From: an uncultured Gammaproteobacteria bacterium | GTDB lineage: Bacteria > Patescibacteriota > Microgenomatia > Levybacterales > GWA1-39-11 | DNA length: 64,000 nt | NCBI GenBank assembly: GCA_964531275.1 | Contig: CAZHDZ010000001.1 | Span: 144,945 to 208,944, forward strand | Direction: 5' to 3' | Shown here: positions 30,800 to 40,800 of the stretch, one piece after another | Numbering within the stretch: the stretch's first letter is position 1 | Layout of the letters: each line of letters begins with the position of its first letter | The notes under the pieces: generated by a model | Databases searched by the model: none | What the model was told of the DNA's origin: nothing | What the model saw: only the letters and a program-made list of their open reading frames with translations | Translations under genes and position numbers: made by a program

Positions 30800-32287
30800 T
30801 CAGATTTTGATAAGCTTTATGTCTCCTTCTCTAAAAACCACCTTTGATTTAGGAAGAGAAAGATCACTTTCTCTGGCAAAGCTTTCTCTTAGTAAAATGT
30901 AGTTCAAGGAGTACTCCTTCTTAAGGTTATAAATAGAGTCTTTGAGTATAGGAAAGAACTTTTCTAATTTCATAAGCCCTGGGTTATCAGCATTCACTAA
31001 CACATCTGCTTTTGTATTAAAAACAGTCATTGTTGTTACTTGATGTGGTATGCACATGATACGAGGGTTTCCGGGTAGTTTATTTATGAAAGCGTATACT
31101 TTTTCAAGCTCAGGAGTTAGAGACCTATTCTTATCTTTGATAATCCCCTTAATTTGTATATATATTGTCATGCATAGATTTATCAGCACTAAAGAAGTGA
31201 AACCAACAACTACGAGAGTCCCATATAGTCCGTATAAATAAAACACTAAAAAAGATGTAAGGATTGAGGCTGGCACTGTGCACATCTCAAGATACCTCTG
31301 GCCTTCACCTATAGGAATTAGGAATTTAAATCGCAAAACAAAACAGCCTAAAATATAGAAAAATAATATCCATAATGCAAAATAGGAGAGTATAGGATCT
31401 GCGTCAAGTAAATTATTAGCGTGATATAAGTATAAAAATACAAATGAGGAAGCAGCCCACACGTTTGTTATCAGTAAAAATATAGGCGAGAAGTCGGAAA
31501 GCAATTTATAAACTATTCCAACCCAGTCTGACTTTTTGTTACTTGAGAGGCCATATATTTGGTGTGCAAATCTGAAGCGATAATTAATAACCCAGAAATA
31601 AATATTGGAAAGGTGTCCATGCGCAACTCTTAGGTAATAACCCCTTGTTGTAATTACAGCTAGAGTAAATCCAAGAATTGGAACAGCTACAAAATGAACT
31701 GAACCAAGCAGCGATGCCATAAATACGCATATGAACAAGTACGCTTGCAATGCAAATCGGTGTGTAAGAAATAATATTGTTGAAGTGATTACTGCAATGA
31801 GTATTGTGGTATTTGTAGGATTAAGTTGATATGAAATTAACGGATAGAAAGCAATAGTAAAAGAAAGATAGCCTAGAGATCTAGGTGTGAGATAGCTATT
31901 TTCGACTACAACCATTGGGGTCATAATATAGACAAGCTGTGCTACTAATGACATAGCTATTGAATTTGTCATCTGATAGCAAATTACAAAGACTAGTATT
32001 GTTTGGAGAGAATCAATAAGAGGAGAGATAAAACCCTGATACTTAAGAATTGTTTTCTTAGAAAAGAAGGAAAACAGAAAAGGAAAGACTGGAGGGTAGT
32101 CAAAATTACCGGGAATTATAAAACCTTTTTCAACTTTATTTGGAATTCTGTGGTGGGCGTTTCTAAATGCCTGAATTTCAAGAAGCCGAGTCCAAACATC
32201 GACTCCAAAAGAACGATTAAATAGTCTTGGGTATGATTGAAGAATGAATCCCAGGACAGGTACAATAATTGCTATCAATAAAATCAT
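30800..32287 (-). CDS. Polytopic membrane protein, family unknown (paralog of 29331..30797)
   Basis: 495 aa with conserved blocks (SYPRLFNRSFGVDVWT, GFIIPGNFDYPPVFPF, GEGQRYLEMC, MCIPHQVTT). It is convergent with its paralog; the two stops are 2 nt apart. Confidence 0.6.
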   Translation of the reverse strand: MILLIAIIVPVLGFILQSYPRLFNRSFGVDVWTRLLEIQAFRNAHHRIPNKVEKGFIIPGNFDYPPVFPFLFSFFSKKTILKYQGFISPLIDSLQTILVFVICYQMTNSIAMSLVAQLVYIMTPMVVVENSYLTPRSLGYLSFTIAFYPLISYQLNPTNTTILIAVITSTILFLTHRFALQAYLFICVFMASLLGSVHFVAVPILGFTLAVITTRGYYLRVAHGHLSNIYFWVINYRFRFAHQIYGLSSNKKSDWVGIVYKLLSDFSPIFLLITNVWAASSFVFLYLYHANNLLDADPILSYFALWILFFYILGCFVLRFKFLIPIGEGQRYLEMCTVPASILTSFLVFYLYGLYGTLVVVGFTSLVLINLCMTIYIQIKGIIKDKNRSLTPELEKVYAFINKLPGNPRIMCIPHQVTTMTVFNTKADVLVNADNPGLMKLEKFFPILKDSIYNLKKEYSLNYILLRESFARESDLSLPKSKVVFREGDIKLIKI

Positions 32288-32289
32288 TA

Positions 32290-33249
32290 TTAGTAAGCAT
32301 CTTTTTTCCAGCCATATTCATCAACTAGTTCAAGAATTTCTTTTATGCCTTCTTCAATACCATACTGGGGGCTAAAATCTAGAAAGCCTTTTGCCTTTGT
32401 AATATCTTGCGCTCCACGAAAAACCTGTTGGACAGTGGGCTCTTTAACCTCATAAGAAAATTTTGGAAAATGTTTTTTAAGAATTTCTGCAAAATCTGTA
32501 GCAGATCTTGGTTCTCCTCTGGATATATTAAAAGTCTGGTATACAGCACTTGGTCTTTCTACTGTTAATGCAAATCCCTCGGCTACATCCTCAACGTATG
32601 AAAAGTCTAACGTCTCTCCTCTAACCACCCATGCAGATTTACTTGTCAGTGCGGCATCAAGGAGAAGCTGCGTCACACGGTTTGCTGCATCTGTGTATCC
32701 GTATACAGAGGTTGGTCTTACAATTACCCATTCTTTTTTTGAAAGCCTTACGAAATATTCTCCTGCAGCCTTGCATGCACCATAGCTATTTATAGGATTA
32801 AGGATAACGTCTTCGGGTTGTGGGCTTTTTGTGAAATGACCATAAGTCATGCTTGAAGAAGTGTAAATTATCTTTGTAGCGCTACTGGATTTTTCAAATT
32901 CTTCCAGAACATTAAGCGTTCCATATAGTGTGATTGGAATCATCTCATCTTCAAATTCTGGGAGAGGTCTTGCCATAGGAATTGCCGCAAGATGAATAAC
33001 GATGTTGGGATTGAATTCATCAAAGGCTTTCTTGACATGTGCTTTATTTCTAATATCACCTTTTAGACTGTATGAGATTTTATTTTTATAGAGTTTTTTC
33101 CTATGTAATAACGCTGCCTTATGATATTTTGGTTTGTTAATAAAGCTAGAATTGTTATCAAGCACCCCAACTTCATAACCTCGTCCAAGGAGTTTGTGTG
33201 CGACTGCACTTCCAATTAGTCCATTGCCTCCAGTTATGAGTACTTTCAT
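32290..33249 (-). CDS. NAD-dependent sugar-nucleotide epimerase/dehydratase (extended SDR)
   Basis: The sequence contains MKVLITGGNGLIGSAVAHKLLGRGYEVGVLDN and the catalytic YGACK (YxxxK). It forms a minus-strand operon with 30800..32287. Confidence 0.8.
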   Translation of the reverse strand: MKVLITGGNGLIGSAVAHKLLGRGYEVGVLDNNSSFINKPKYHKAALLHRKKLYKNKISYSLKGDIRNKAHVKKAFDEFNPNIVIHLAAIPMARPLPEFEDEMIPITLYGTLNVLEEFEKSSSATKIIYTSSSMTYGHFTKSPQPEDVILNPINSYGACKAAGEYFVRLSKKEWVIVRPTSVYGYTDAANRVTQLLLDAALTSKSAWVVRGETLDFSYVEDVAEGFALTVERPSAVYQTFNISRGEPRSATDFAEILKKHFPKFSYEVKEPTVQQVFRGAQDITKAKGFLDFSPQYGIEEGIKEILELVDEYGWKKDAY

Positions 33250-33321
33250 ATGTCCTTGATTGTAGACAAAGAATATGGTTTTATCAATATGTTAGTTTGG
33301 TAAGATAATTAAGATATTATT
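33250..33321. promoter_or_regulatory. AT-rich divergent intergenic region, probable bidirectional promoter region
   Basis: This is the only divergent junction in the window (a minus-strand SDR operon faces the + strand methyltransferase operon). The 72 bp are AT-rich. No confident -35/-10 pair was identified. Confidence 0.3.
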
Positions 33322-34020
33322 ATGCAAAGTAGAATGAAGTTTCTTGCTAAAAGAGATGGGAAGAATGTGCTTGTTCCGGGACATTACTTTCTCTTTAATT
33401 GGGTAAAGCCATATATAAAAGGAAAGTCAGTTTTGGATATTGGTTGTTGGAGTGGACCGTTAGAGGAATTACTACAAAGCGTGAAATGTAAAGTGACAGG
33501 CATCGACATAGAGACCGCTCCATTAAAAGTAGCGAGTAGAAGATTTCCTGACTTCATCTTTTTCAAACATTCAATAATAGAGCAATTACCAATTCAAAAA
33601 AACCTATTTGATGTAGTTTTATATTTTATGGTAATAGAGCATATTCCAAGAGGCAGCGAATTAGTATCTTTGTTAAATATAAACAGAAGCATGAAAAAGG
33701 GGGGAGTGTTATTCATAAATACAATGAATAATAATTTACTATCCAATATTTTGGATCCCGCGTTTCTTTTTGGCCATAGGCATTATTCAAAAAAAGAATT
33801 ATACTCACTATTAAACCTTTCAGGGTTTGAAGTCAAAGAAACAAAATTCAATGCTGGTTTTTATACAACACTATCAATATTAATTTTATACTTCTGCAAG
33901 CACATATTACATATTCCGGAGCCGAGAAATCGTGTTATAGATGCCCTTGTCAGGAGAGACTATCAAGATAAAGGTTTTGCGGAAATTGATATAAGGGCTA
34001 TTAAGATTAAAAACTTATGA
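33322..34020 (+). CDS. Class I SAM-dependent methyltransferase
   Basis: Motif I is VLDIGCWSGPLEELL, and the remaining Rossmann-type motifs follow downstream. Confidence 0.7.
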   Translation: MQSRMKFLAKRDGKNVLVPGHYFLFNWVKPYIKGKSVLDIGCWSGPLEELLQSVKCKVTGIDIETAPLKVASRRFPDFIFFKHSIIEQLPIQKNLFDVVLYFMVIEHIPRGSELVSLLNINRSMKKGGVLFINTMNNNLLSNILDPAFLFGHRHYSKKELYSLLNLSGFEVKETKFNAGFYTTLSILILYFCKHILHIPEPRNRVIDALVRRDYQDKGFAEIDIRAIKIKNL

Positions 34021-35027
34021 AAAAAGTGTCAATAATAATCGTAAATTGGAATGGTCTTTCACATTTAAAAAAGTGCTTGCCAACACTCAAGAAAGTCACG
34101 TACAAGAACTTAGAGATTATACTCGTAGATAATGCTTCAAAAGATGATTCAGTTGCGTATGTTACCAAAAACTTTCCAAATATTAAGATAATTAAATGTA
34201 AAAAAAATCTAGGTTTCGCCGGTGGCAATAATGCAGGACTACCAGCAGTTACAGGGGATTATGTGCTTCTCCTTAATAATGACACAGTTGTTACCAAAGA
34301 TTTCGTAACAGAGTTGGTTGCGGCAGTGGAGGAAGACGATGAAATCGGGATAGTTCAGAGCAAAATACTATCTATGGATTATCCAAATAAGCTCGATTCA
34401 GTAGGTGCATTTTTAACATATACCGGCTTTTTATATCACTACGGGTATTTCCAGATTGATAAACGGAAATATGACAAGACAAAGTATCTTTATACTGCAA
34501 AAGGGGCATGCATGTTGGTGCGAGCAGACTTAATAACTCGGCTAGGACTTTTTGACGATGACTTCTTCGCATATTTTGAAGAAACAGACCTGTGCAATAG
34601 AGTTTGGATGGCAGGATATACCATAGTGTATGCTCCCAAATCTGTCATATATCATAAGGTTGGTGGCACGTCTAATGGAATGGAAAATGCATTTATTCAA
34701 TTTCATTCATTCAAAAATAGAATCAACTCTTATATTAAAAACCTAGAAGTAAAGAACTTAGCGTTAATATTACCCATTCACATTATTCTTTGTGAAGTGG
34801 CCGCAATTAGTTTTATTTTCAAATCAAGAATAGATTTATTTATGGCAATTAACAAAGCACTTCTATGGAACATAGCCAATCTTGAAAAGACATTAGCGAA
34901 AAGAAAGAAAATTCAAAAAATGAGAAAAGTATCTGATAGTGAATTTTTTCCAAAGGTTTTGAGAAATCCAAATCTTAATTACTATTATTCCCTATTTGCT
35001 AAAAGCTTGATAGGCTATAAGGAATGA
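34017..35027 (+). CDS. Glycosyltransferase family 2
   Basis: The sequence contains VSIIIVNWNGLSHLKKCLPTLKKVTYKNLEIILVDNASKDDS and DTDLCNR. Confidence 0.8.
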   Translation: MKKVSIIIVNWNGLSHLKKCLPTLKKVTYKNLEIILVDNASKDDSVAYVTKNFPNIKIIKCKKNLGFAGGNNAGLPAVTGDYVLLLNNDTVVTKDFVTELVAAVEEDDEIGIVQSKILSMDYPNKLDSVGAFLTYTGFLYHYGYFQIDKRKYDKTKYLYTAKGACMLVRADLITRLGLFDDDFFAYFEETDLCNRVWMAGYTIVYAPKSVIYHKVGGTSNGMENAFIQFHSFKNRINSYIKNLEVKNLALILPIHIILCEVAAISFIFKSRIDLFMAINKALLWNIANLEKTLAKRKKIQKMRKVSDSEFFPKVLRNPNLNYYYSLFAKSLIGYKE

Positions 35028-37063
35028 AAAAATATCTACTTTTTCTTGTATTCCTTGGACTAACATTCCTCTACTACCACAAAACTCTGAGCTCGTATTT
35101 CGAAGGTGATGAGTGGTTTTATTTCTCGGAATACTTTCCGCTTTTGATTAATCCATTTCTAGGTTTTTTCGTGGCTATTACGAAAGGAGTAACTGATGCA
35201 TATTGGATTTCAGCGGGCGGTCATGTTACGCCGTTGCAAAGTTTGCTTTGGTTTTTTCTCATAGTATTTTTCAAGCTCAACTTCAAGTTCTATGCTGTAA
35301 GCTCGTTAGTTTTGCATGCAGTGAATGTATTTTTGCTCTATGCATTAACAAAACAAATAATAAAAGATAAATTTTTCGCCTTCTGTGTAGCTGCTTTTTT
35401 TCTTACGAACTCTGCCCATTTCCAAGCAGTCAATTGGGCTATGGTTATAGTCTATGACCTTTTTCTAACAACTCTAATTCTTTTGTCTTTGCTGAGTCTT
35501 TTAAAATTTGGAAAGAATCAGCGATGGGTAGTTATCTCTACTGTTTGTTTTGTAAGTGCTCTTATGATTAAAGAAACAGCTGCCATCTTATTTATTATCT
35601 ATCCATTATTCTCTGCTTTTTTTAAGGCTAAGTATTTTAAAAAAAGCTTGTTTGTAACTGCTGCAATCTTTGTGTCCTACGTGCCCTTTAGATTCATTCT
35701 CCCACGTTTTTTTTCTGAGGGTAAACTGTTTCAAAACAATCTTGAGATAGGAATAAAAACTCTCCAAGATTTTCAACTTATTGTTACTAATATGTTTGTG
35801 CAGGATATTTACCCTTCAACGCTTGGATTGATTAAGATTCACCCCATGAATATGGTTGTTGTAGCTGCTTTAATTCTGGGAATGGTCTTGTTCAATCGTC
35901 AATATATGGGTGCAAGGATTGTTGTTTTTGGTATAGCAATTACACTTCTGAATGCTTCTTTAATTCTTCTTACTTCCCTCTTTTCACCCAGGCAACTTTC
36001 TTTTGAAATTGTTGATTCTAGATATTTATATTTAGTTTCAATTAGCGTTTCTTTAATAATTATAGGTATATATGTGATTATTATTGAAGGTTTAGCCATA
36101 AAGACTAAGTTGCGATATGTCCCTTTGTCCTTATTAGTTTTTCTCATGGCAATATTTAATTACAATTTATTGCAAAGAATATTAACGCCATATGTTGAGA
36201 CAGCCAAGATGAGACAGGATATTCTCAATTCTATTTTTGATGAAGTTAAGACACCTAGCGATAGATCAATTTTTTTGGTAGAAAGTAGCGGAAATTATTA
36301 TGGCTTTGCTCAGATTCCGCCATTTCAAACAAATCTAGGGCAAGTGCTTGCAGTTCACTATTTTAGCAGTGGAAATCTAAATAAAAGATTTATAAATGAT
36401 AGATCAGTACAAAAGAATCCGCTAGACAAAAATTGGCTTCTTGTTGATGGAAATAAGTCATTTGGATATTACCTCAGTAGAGAGCAGCTTATACAAGATG
36501 CACTGAAATTTAATATAAGCCCTCAAACTGTTCATGCATACACATGGGAGCCTGAGGAGAAAAAACTTGAAAGAAATACAGAAAAATTCATTCCAGAGTT
36601 AGAGCTAGAACTTTCTCAGAGACAACAACTACGTGAATGGAAGAAAGTACATCTTGATAGTTTTAGTTTTAAGATAGACCCATCCTATTCTGAAACGCAT
36701 TTAGGGCAGGATTCAGTAGTTCTAGGACATAATGAAACAATAACTGTTAAACGCATGACTAAGGATCCATCTATTTTTTTCCATGACTTTGCTCCTAGTA
36801 TATTTGACAGCAATGGAGACAAGATCTTAGACAGGACAAAGTTGTTAAATATTACTAAAGAAAATGGCGAGTTGGTAACTACACTCTATGTTCTTTCAGG
36901 AAACTACCCAATGTATTTGATTCCAATTAGTGATGGTATTTCTTATATAGAAATTTCAGCTAATGGGAATAGGTTCTATAGAGACGTCGACTCGCTCGAT
37001 GAAGAAAAAAGAAATAGTTTTATTGAGTTAATAATCAAATCTATTATTCTTAAGAGTTCTTGA
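35024..37063 (+). CDS. Polytopic membrane protein with a large soluble C-terminal domain (GT-C-like, family uncertain)
   Basis: 679 aa. The N-terminal roughly 390 aa are hydrophobic. The C-terminal roughly 290 aa are hydrophilic. Confidence 0.5.
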   Translation: MKKYLLFLVFLGLTFLYYHKTLSSYFEGDEWFYFSEYFPLLINPFLGFFVAITKGVTDAYWISAGGHVTPLQSLLWFFLIVFFKLNFKFYAVSSLVLHAVNVFLLYALTKQIIKDKFFAFCVAAFFLTNSAHFQAVNWAMVIVYDLFLTTLILLSLLSLLKFGKNQRWVVISTVCFVSALMIKETAAILFIIYPLFSAFFKAKYFKKSLFVTAAIFVSYVPFRFILPRFFSEGKLFQNNLEIGIKTLQDFQLIVTNMFVQDIYPSTLGLIKIHPMNMVVVAALILGMVLFNRQYMGARIVVFGIAITLLNASLILLTSLFSPRQLSFEIVDSRYLYLVSISVSLIIIGIYVIIIEGLAIKTKLRYVPLSLLVFLMAIFNYNLLQRILTPYVETAKMRQDILNSIFDEVKTPSDRSIFLVESSGNYYGFAQIPPFQTNLGQVLAVHYFSSGNLNKRFINDRSVQKNPLDKNWLLVDGNKSFGYYLSREQLIQDALKFNISPQTVHAYTWEPEEKKLERNTEKFIPELELELSQRQQLREWKKVHLDSFSFKIDPSYSETHLGQDSVVLGHNETITVKRMTKDPSIFFHDFAPSIFDSNGDKILDRTKLLNITKENGELVTTLYVLSGNYPMYLIPISDGISYIEISANGNRFYRDVDSLDEEKRNSFIELIIKSIILKSS

Positions 37064-37141
37064 AATTATTGCAAGCATTATTTCGTTATCACTTTAAAGA
37101 AAAACATCATAAGTGATTCTATTAATAGCGTTATTATTATG

Positions 37142-37147
37142 TATAAT
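37142..37147 (+). promoter_or_regulatory. Candidate -10 element (TGTATAAT context) 8 nt upstream of the ATG at 37156
   Basis: TATAAT, preceded by TG, lies in the 92-bp gap that breaks the coupled gene chain. The -35 is weak (CTATTA/TTCTAT). It would give a near-leaderless mRNA. Confidence 0.25.
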
Positions 37148-37155
37148 CAATTGAA

Positions 37156-37830
37156 ATGAAAGCAAAAAAATTTGAAGAGTCTTATTTTAAAGGGTGGTAT
37201 AAGAGTGCTGTTGGCAATTTTACAGCAGAAGATTTAAAAATTTCGAAGCGTTGGTTTTACGCTTGGCTTGTAAAGCTTAATGAATATGTGCCTTTACAAA
37301 AGGGTCATGGGAAGAGGGTTCTTGAGATAGGTTGTTCCATAGGTGCAGTATCTAACTTGCTTTCTGAAAGAGGGTTTAGTGTTTGGGCAACAGACATCTC
37401 AAGTTATGCAGTAAAAAAAGCTCAGAAATTGACTCCAGCTGCTAAATTTTCAGTTTTAGATATTCAGCAAAAGATAACTCTAAAAGAGAAATTTGATTAC
37501 ATTATCGCATTTGAAGTTGTAGAGCATTTAGACAAACCAGAGAAGAGTATAAAGAATATGTATGATGCACTTATACCACGGGGGAAAGTAATCGTTTCAA
37601 CACCTTTTCCGTATCCTTGGAATTTTCGAGACCCAACCCACATAAATGTTAAATACCCAAATGAATGGGTTGCTATCATGAAAGAGGTAGGATTTAAAAA
37701 GGTGTCATATCATAGATTTACCCTTATACCATTCTTCTACAGATTTAATAAAAGATTTCAATTTATAATTCCATTTGCTATACCGCTCCCATATTTAAAC
37801 AGTCCTATTTTCTTTATTGGTACTAAATGA
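37156..37830 (+). CDS. Class I SAM-dependent methyltransferase
   Basis: Motif I is VLEIGCSIGAVSNLLSERGFSVWATDIS, and the post-I motif is IIAFEVVEHL. Confidence 0.7.
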   Translation: MKAKKFEESYFKGWYKSAVGNFTAEDLKISKRWFYAWLVKLNEYVPLQKGHGKRVLEIGCSIGAVSNLLSERGFSVWATDISSYAVKKAQKLTPAAKFSVLDIQQKITLKEKFDYIIAFEVVEHLDKPEKSIKNMYDALIPRGKVIVSTPFPYPWNFRDPTHINVKYPNEWVAIMKEVGFKKVSYHRFTLIPFFYRFNKRFQFIIPFAIPLPYLNSPIFFIGTK

Positions 37831-40800
37831 AACGAATCAAAAGAAGCAGGGTCGAGATTATCGTTATTATTTTGCTTGGATTAATTCCGTTGCTGTGGTT
37901 TCGTGGCACAGAAGTTATATTAGGACATGATTCAGGTCTACCTCTATCACCGATACCCCACTTCTTAGACCGTCTATACGCATGGACTGTAAGATTTGGA
38001 TTTGGCAACGATCAGACATATGCAATTCCCGGCTTCTTTATTCATGGTTTGGAAGCTTTAGTTTCTTCCTTGGGATTTGATTTGCAGTCAATGCAAAAAA
38101 TTACTTTTTCCATTTGGTTTGTTCTCCCCGGAGTTACTATGTATTACTTAGGAAGCCGTCTTGAAAAAAAACTAAAGATTAATTTTCTAAGTCTGCCTGC
38201 AGCAGTTTTTTACATGATTAATCATTTTTTATTGCAGGGATGGTTTGTGGCAGAAAGAACTAAATTTTCAGTATATGCTGCGCTTCCTCTCATGATAGCG
38301 ATCCTATTAGATTGGAGTGACGGAAGGAGGAAGACGTTTACCGCTGCCGTATTAATTGCTCTGATATTTTTTGTACTGAATGGTTTGGCAAGCTTACCAC
38401 TATTTGGAGGGGTGATTATTGCCTTGATTGTTTTTATTTTTTACTATTTATATCAGCAGTTTTCATGGATAAGGATAGGATCACTCTTTCAACTTTTTGG
38501 TGTAACGTTAGTAGTAAGCGTTGCGCTTCATGCATACTGGCTGGTACCTTTTGTATTTTCATTAAAAACTTCCTATAGCGAGTCTGTGACTTTTTTTGGC
38601 GGGAAGGAGGGAATTCTTGATTGGGTAAAATACGCAAGCCTTAATAGCTCCTACAATAATCTATTGCGCCTGCAAGGGGTTCCTGAGTGGTACCAAAATC
38701 CTGGTCACCCATATGCAAATAATTTCTTAACTAATCCTCTGCTTATTTTTATTAGTGTTGCAATCCCCATTTGTGTTTTTTCAACACTTCTTATTTTTAA
38801 GAAGAGCGCTGAAAAAAAAGTAATACTTTTTTTTGGCCTTCTGGCTATAGTCTCTTTGCTATTCGTTGCAGGTGCACATCCACCTTTCGGAACTTTGTAT
38901 ATTTTCTTAATGCAAAATATTCCAGGGTTTATAGCATTCAGAAATCCATTCTACAAATTTTCTCCCTCATTATGGCTTGCATATGCTGTTCTTATTGGCT
39001 TTTTTATAAGCTTTATCATGAGTAGGGTCGTTGTAATAAACAAAAAAATTGCTTATGTTTTTTATTCGTTCGTAATAATTGGAATAGTACTTTATAGCTA
39101 CCCATTCCTTAATGGTACTTTTTTTGATTATGTTAAAAACGAACGCTCAAATAGAGTTGTGGTTCCATCCTATATTATGGACTTTGGTAAATGGAGTGAG
39201 AGTAGGGAGAGGATAGATAAAAAAACTTTAATGTTGCCCCCTCCGAATATTGATGGAACTGTGGAGGAATACACCTGGGGATATTGGAGTCTAGCACCAA
39301 TCAGTACGCTTTTGACAAATGCTCCAATTCTTAATAATAGCCTGTTCCTGGGTAAAAACGAAAAGACCATGCTTACCACTCTATATTCAATGATGGAAAA
39401 GGATGAGCAAGGTTGGGAACAGCTAGCTAAAATAATGGGGATAGACTCTTTTGTTGTAAGAGATGATTTTGTTTGGGATAATCCCTCTTCGCCTTCAGTA
39501 AATCCTGCCGTTTATCAAAAAGCATTAACATCCAAAAATGTTCAAAAGGTAAAAGAATTTGAGAAGTGGCATATATACGATCTCAAAGAAGGACGGGATG
39601 ATTTTCTCCAATATAACACCTATTCTTTTGTAGCCGGTGATGTAGGAACTATTGGAAAAATTGCATCTCTTCCTGGGTATTCTTATGAAGAGCCTTTAGT
39701 AGCAGATACGAACGGAAATAGTTTGCTCAAAATGAGTCCAAACACCTACTATCTTGATAGTTATTGTGTGATGTGTGATTTGCAGTGGAAATTTATAAAT
39801 ACACTTGCTTATACACCAACAATTACGCAAGGGTCATTTATGTACCCTATCATAGGGAGGAATGTGTATCAAGAAATTTCTTTGCTGGATCAACCGCAGG
39901 AACTGGCTATATATTATTCAGAAAAGGCGCTGCGAGATATATTAGGTCTACAAAAAAGTATTGATTTAGCAGAAAAAGATGACGTTTTAAAAGAGATAAT
40001 AACCGACATCGAGGAGGACTTATTTAATATAAGAAGAACGGTGCAGTTAAGTCAAAATGAAATTAATAATGTCACGAAACTAGACATACTATCATTCATA
40101 AGAACGCAAAAAGTAGTTATTAGCCAAATTAAGGAAAAAAATTTAAGTTCGATTTCTATGGATAAGATGCTTAAGGCAATCGAAATTAATGAAAGTTTTT
40201 TAAATCAAATTACCTTTAGAACCTCATCAGAAACAAAGAAGCAACTATTGGTAACTTCGCCAATAGCCCATGAATATAGTGTGTATTATCGACCTAATGA
40301 TAATATTGAAGATAGCAATTCTGTAAGCATTTCAATAAATAATCAGCAGCTTATTTTACCTGTTCTTGAAGAAGATGGGCGGTGGAGAAAGCTTTCTGAA
40401 GTAAATTTAAATAAAGGTCTGAATACTATAGTTGTTCAACAGCCAATTAATGATATTCAGAAGCAAAAATCAGTCAGGCTTGTTGAGTCAACCAATGGTT
40501 GTTATTATTCCGAGAAGATTGATTCAAAACGTGGAGATATATTTAAGCTTACATTTGATCATAGACTTTTATCCAGCTACGATAAGTTCTTCGTAACATT
40601 TGTACCTGCTGGAGAAAGCGTTGATAAGGCACCTAGTATAGATTCTCTAACATCGGTAAAAGGCAGTAGACTCTATGAGACTACATACGCGCCAATTGCT
40701 GGACGTAGCTTTCAATTCGTTATTTGTAACACTTCTATACACAATGACCCTAAGCATTCCGATATACAAATTGAGAATATAAGTATGCGAAAAATAGCTG

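Noticed and set aside
37088-37117. 7-bp inverted repeat ATCACTT...AAGTGAT with a 16-nt loop in the 37064..37155 gap
   Set aside because: The arms are short and AT-rich, the loop is long, and such matches are expected by chance in AT-rich DNA. It is not reported as a feature.
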